NCBI GenBank assembly: GCA_963555825.3 | Contig: CAUVXB020000001.1 | Location: 1,280,001 to 1,344,000, forward strand | Source: Alphaproteobacteria bacterium | GTDB taxonomy: Bacteria; Pseudomonadota; Alphaproteobacteria; JAAXGF01 | DNA: 64,000 nucleotides | Reading direction: 5' to 3' | Part shown: positions 61,428-64,000 of the stretch, piece by piece | How positions within the stretch are numbered: the stretch's first letter is position 1 | How the letters are laid out: every line of letters begins with the position of its first letter | Program-made: the position numbers and the translations under genes | The notes under the pieces: generated by a model | Seen by the model: only the letters and a program-made list of their open reading frames with translations | What the model was told of the DNA's origin: nothing | The model's database searches: none

Positions 61428-62315
61428 ATGCATAAAATCAAGAATTCGATCCTGGCAAGCGGGCTGACGATAGCGTTGGCCGGTTGTGTCGGGATGGAGA
61501 AGGACATGGCGGCCGAGATGACGCCGGCGGGTTCGGCGTTCAATCAGGCGCTTTACGGCGAGTATCTGGGCCGTTCGCAGGTCGAGTTCGCCGAGGGCGA
61601 CTACGGCAACTCGGACCTGTTCGACCTGAAGGCGCAGTGGGCGGCTGGGGATGCCTTCGTGGTGCCCGAGGAGCCCGGCGACCACGCTCTGCCCGAGGGT
61701 TCGATCGCCGAGCTGACGGAGGCGCGTCAGTGGCTGGTCGAGGCGCTGGCCGACAACGGCCGCACGACGGTGCCCGAGCTCGCGGCGCATACCCAGCTGA
61801 TGTACGACTGCTGGGTCGAGGAGCAGGAAGAGAACCGCCAGCCGGGCGACATCGCGGCGTGCCGTGCGGCGTTCCTCGCCGGCCTGGCGGAGATCCAGGC
61901 GGCGATTGCGCCGCCGCCGATGGTGATGGCCGAGCCGGAGCCCGAGCCGGAGCCCGAGCCGGAGCCGATGGAAGTGCCGGTCCCGCCGTCGTTCTTCATC
62001 TTCTTCGACCATGACTCGGCGGCGCTCGACGACCGTGCGATGCAGGTCATCGACTGGGTCAACAACCAGGTTGGCATGCGCGAGCCGACCCGTGTTCTGG
62101 TGACCGGTCACGCCGACCGTTCGGGTTCCGACGCCTACAACTTGGGTCTGTCGGAGAACCGTTCGACCGCGGTGACCGACGCGCTGGCGGCGGCCGGCAT
62201 CTCGTCGGACATCATCATCGGTTCCGGGCTGGGTGAATCGGAGCCCAGGCTGGAGACGCCCGATGGTGTGCGCGAGCGTCAGAACCGCTACGCGCGGATC
62301 ACACTGATCAAGTAG
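61428..62315 (+). CDS. OmpA-family lipoprotein with an (EP)n linker
   Basis: LAGC lipobox; GHAD..G...YN..LS..R and NR motifs. Confidence 0.88.
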   Translation: MHKIKNSILASGLTIALAGCVGMEKDMAAEMTPAGSAFNQALYGEYLGRSQVEFAEGDYGNSDLFDLKAQWAAGDAFVVPEEPGDHALPEGSIAELTEARQWLVEALADNGRTTVPELAAHTQLMYDCWVEEQEENRQPGDIAACRAAFLAGLAEIQAAIAPPPMVMAEPEPEPEPEPEPMEVPVPPSFFIFFDHDSAALDDRAMQVIDWVNNQVGMREPTRVLVTGHADRSGSDAYNLGLSENRSTAVTDALAAAGISSDIIIGSGLGESEPRLETPDGVRERQNRYARITLIK

Positions 62316-62587
62316 CCTCGTTACGGCGCCGCCCCGGAAAACACCCCGGCGCGGCGCCGTCTCTTTCGACCGACCGCCGGGCCGGGCATTCGGTCCCGTG
62401 GCCGGCGGTTTGTCTATGTCTGCCCGCCTCCGCGCACCGGGCGTACGGTTGCAATCCCGGTGACGCTCCACCATCATCCAAGGGCGTCGAGGGCGCCGGT
62501 GAAACACTCAAGAAACTCTTGGGCGACTGACGTGGCCACCAGACGGCCCGGCCGCACAACCATGATCAAGAAGGGCTCGATCGACTG

Positions 62588-63442
62588 ATGGAACAGGAAA
62601 TCGAATCAATCAACCGATTCGTCGATGCGCTCGTCGAGTTCGGCGTCGCCTACGGCTTCCAGATCCTCGGCGCCGTCGTCTTCCTGATCATCGGTCTGAA
62701 GCTCGCCGGCTGGGCGGCACGCAAGGTCGTCACGGTCGCCGACGCGAAGTCGATGGACCCGACGCTGGCGCGGTTTATCGCCAATGTCGTCAAGTTGTTG
62801 GTCGCCGCCTTCGTGATCATCATCACGCTCGGCAACTTCGGCATCAGCATCGCGCCGCTGATCGCGCTCGCCGGCGCCGTGGCGTTCGGCGCGACGTTGG
62901 CGATCCAGGGGCCGCTGGCGAACTATGGCGCCGGCGTCTCGCTGATCCTGACCCGACCCTTCGTGGTCGGCAACACGATCACCATCAAGCACATCTCGGG
63001 CGTCGTCCAAGACATCACCCTGGCGGCGACGGTGCTGATCAACGAGGATGGCGAGCGGGTTACCGTGCCCAACAAGGAGATCGTCGGCGAGGTCATCGTC
63101 AACTCGCGCGAGCAGCGCGTCATCCAGACCAAGATCGCGATCGCCTACGAGGCGGACGTCGAACACGCCATCGCCCTGCTCGGCGGCGTGCTGGCGGGGT
63201 TCGAGGAGGTCGGCAAGGAGCCGGTACCGCAGGTCGGCATCCACGACTTCACCTACGGCGGCATCGTGCTGGGCATGCGCTTCTGGGTGCCCAGCAAGAA
63301 CTATTTCCAGTGCCGCTACGCGGTCAACCGGGCTGCCTTCACGGCGCTCAAGTCGGCCGGCATCTCGCTCATGGCAGTCGGCACGGCGTCGCTTCCGGTC
63401 GCCTCGCTGTCGGCCGACCAGGACACCGACGTCCCAGCCTGA
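62588..63442 (+). CDS. mscS: Small-conductance mechanosensitive channel
   Basis: Three TM segments; LA.QG.L.N...G...RPF.VG and PN motifs. Confidence 0.88.
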   Translation: MEQEIESINRFVDALVEFGVAYGFQILGAVVFLIIGLKLAGWAARKVVTVADAKSMDPTLARFIANVVKLLVAAFVIIITLGNFGISIAPLIALAGAVAFGATLAIQGPLANYGAGVSLILTRPFVVGNTITIKHISGVVQDITLAATVLINEDGERVTVPNKEIVGEVIVNSREQRVIQTKIAIAYEADVEHAIALLGGVLAGFEEVGKEPVPQVGIHDFTYGGIVLGMRFWVPSKNYFQCRYAVNRAAFTALKSAGISLMAVGTASLPVASLSADQDTDVPA

Positions 63443-63596
63443 CCCGGCGCGTCGATTACCGCGAATGACACGCAACGTCGCATCGCCACCGGCGTCGGCG
63501 GTTGTGGCGACCGTCACTGACGGCCATAGGGTTTGTTTCCAGGGTCTCGATGCACCTTCCGGGAGGGGATGTCGCGATCATTGCGGTATCACCCTG

Positions 63597-63687
63597 GTTT
63601 CCTCGAATGGGCAAACCGTCGGCGACGGCGGGACGCAAAGCTTCCGGCCTGGAGCACCACCAGGTAGCGGGGTTGCCAAGGGGAAAC
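63597..63687 (+). ncRNA. Cyclic di-GMP-I (GEMM) riboswitch
   Basis: GGGCAAACC-stem(GCGA loop)-GGGACGCAAAGCTTCCGGCCT...AGGTAGCGGGGTTGCC closely follows the Vc2 aptamer; closing stem GTTTCC/GGAAAC. Confidence 0.88.
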
Positions 63688-63812
63688 GATGATCGTGCCA
63701 AACGCACAGGCTCACATTTTTCCCAAAGCTTTCGGCGCCACGTCTCGTTTGTCGAGGCGCGGCCCGACGTATGAACGATCCAAGGAGCGTGGCATGCCGC
63801 ATCTCTATGTAA

Positions 63813-64000
63813 TACCAGTGAGCCTATGAAATCACCTTCATGATCCATGGATAGGCGCAGAGGGTTCGCATACGATCCGGTTCTGCGATGAGGTCGATCC
63901 ATGCTTGGCAACAGGCGTCGATGATGGCCTCGGTGTCGTCGAGGACGCGGAGCGATAGGAAGCGTTCGCGTAGGTAGAGCCAAACCCGCTCGACGGGGTT
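63813..64000 (-). mobile_element. Right end of a different IS630-family IS (partial)
   Basis: NPVERVW.YLR...C.AW...R...LC..PW transposase C-terminus (stop 63824-63826); end TACCA. Confidence 0.8.

Noticed and set aside
61930-61968. GAGCCG/GAGCCC tandem repeat
   Set aside because: It encodes an ordinary (EP)n linker in an OmpA-family protein.

Overview
GC-rich bacterial DNA, probably from an alphaproteobacterium. The cadherin gene remnant, methylated-amine metabolism and heavy IS load suggest a marine or host-associated organism (inference). About 1-41.85 kb is an IS-dense accessory region ending at a 3'-half tRNA-Leu(TAA) att site. It holds blocks of C1/amine metabolism genes (sgaA-mtkAB with a GcvA-type regulator, a TRAP system, a betaine/TMAO-type ABC transporter, an M24 peptidase with a PotD-like binding protein) broken up by IS1595, IS630, IS3, IS21, IS6, IS1380, ISKra4 and IS66 elements. 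The right third is more core-like: MBL hydrolase, ChaC, cytochrome c, dipeptidase, RAYT, DUF1326/DUF2182, a split glutamate-synthase-like operon, S1C protease, caspase-like protein, Rieske oxygenase, OmpA and MscS. Top observations: (1) a large TnpB-like RuvC nuclease with its catalytic motifs intact, enclosed in 24-bp terminal inverted repeats that resemble the end of a co-resident ISKra4 DDE element, with no TnpA; (2) two IS1595-derived fold-back elements, one with two right ends plus captured cargo and one with two left ends, each with an 8-bp target duplication; (3) an IS66 with a long coiled-coil N-terminus carrying DruA/DUF4338; (4) a RAYT with an AT-rich non-GTAG repeat family; (5) an IS1595 carrying a methyltransferase-HNH fusion; (6) a covarying four-hairpin repeat; (7) a c-di-GMP-I riboswitch. 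All calls come from reading the sequence by eye; no database searches were run.
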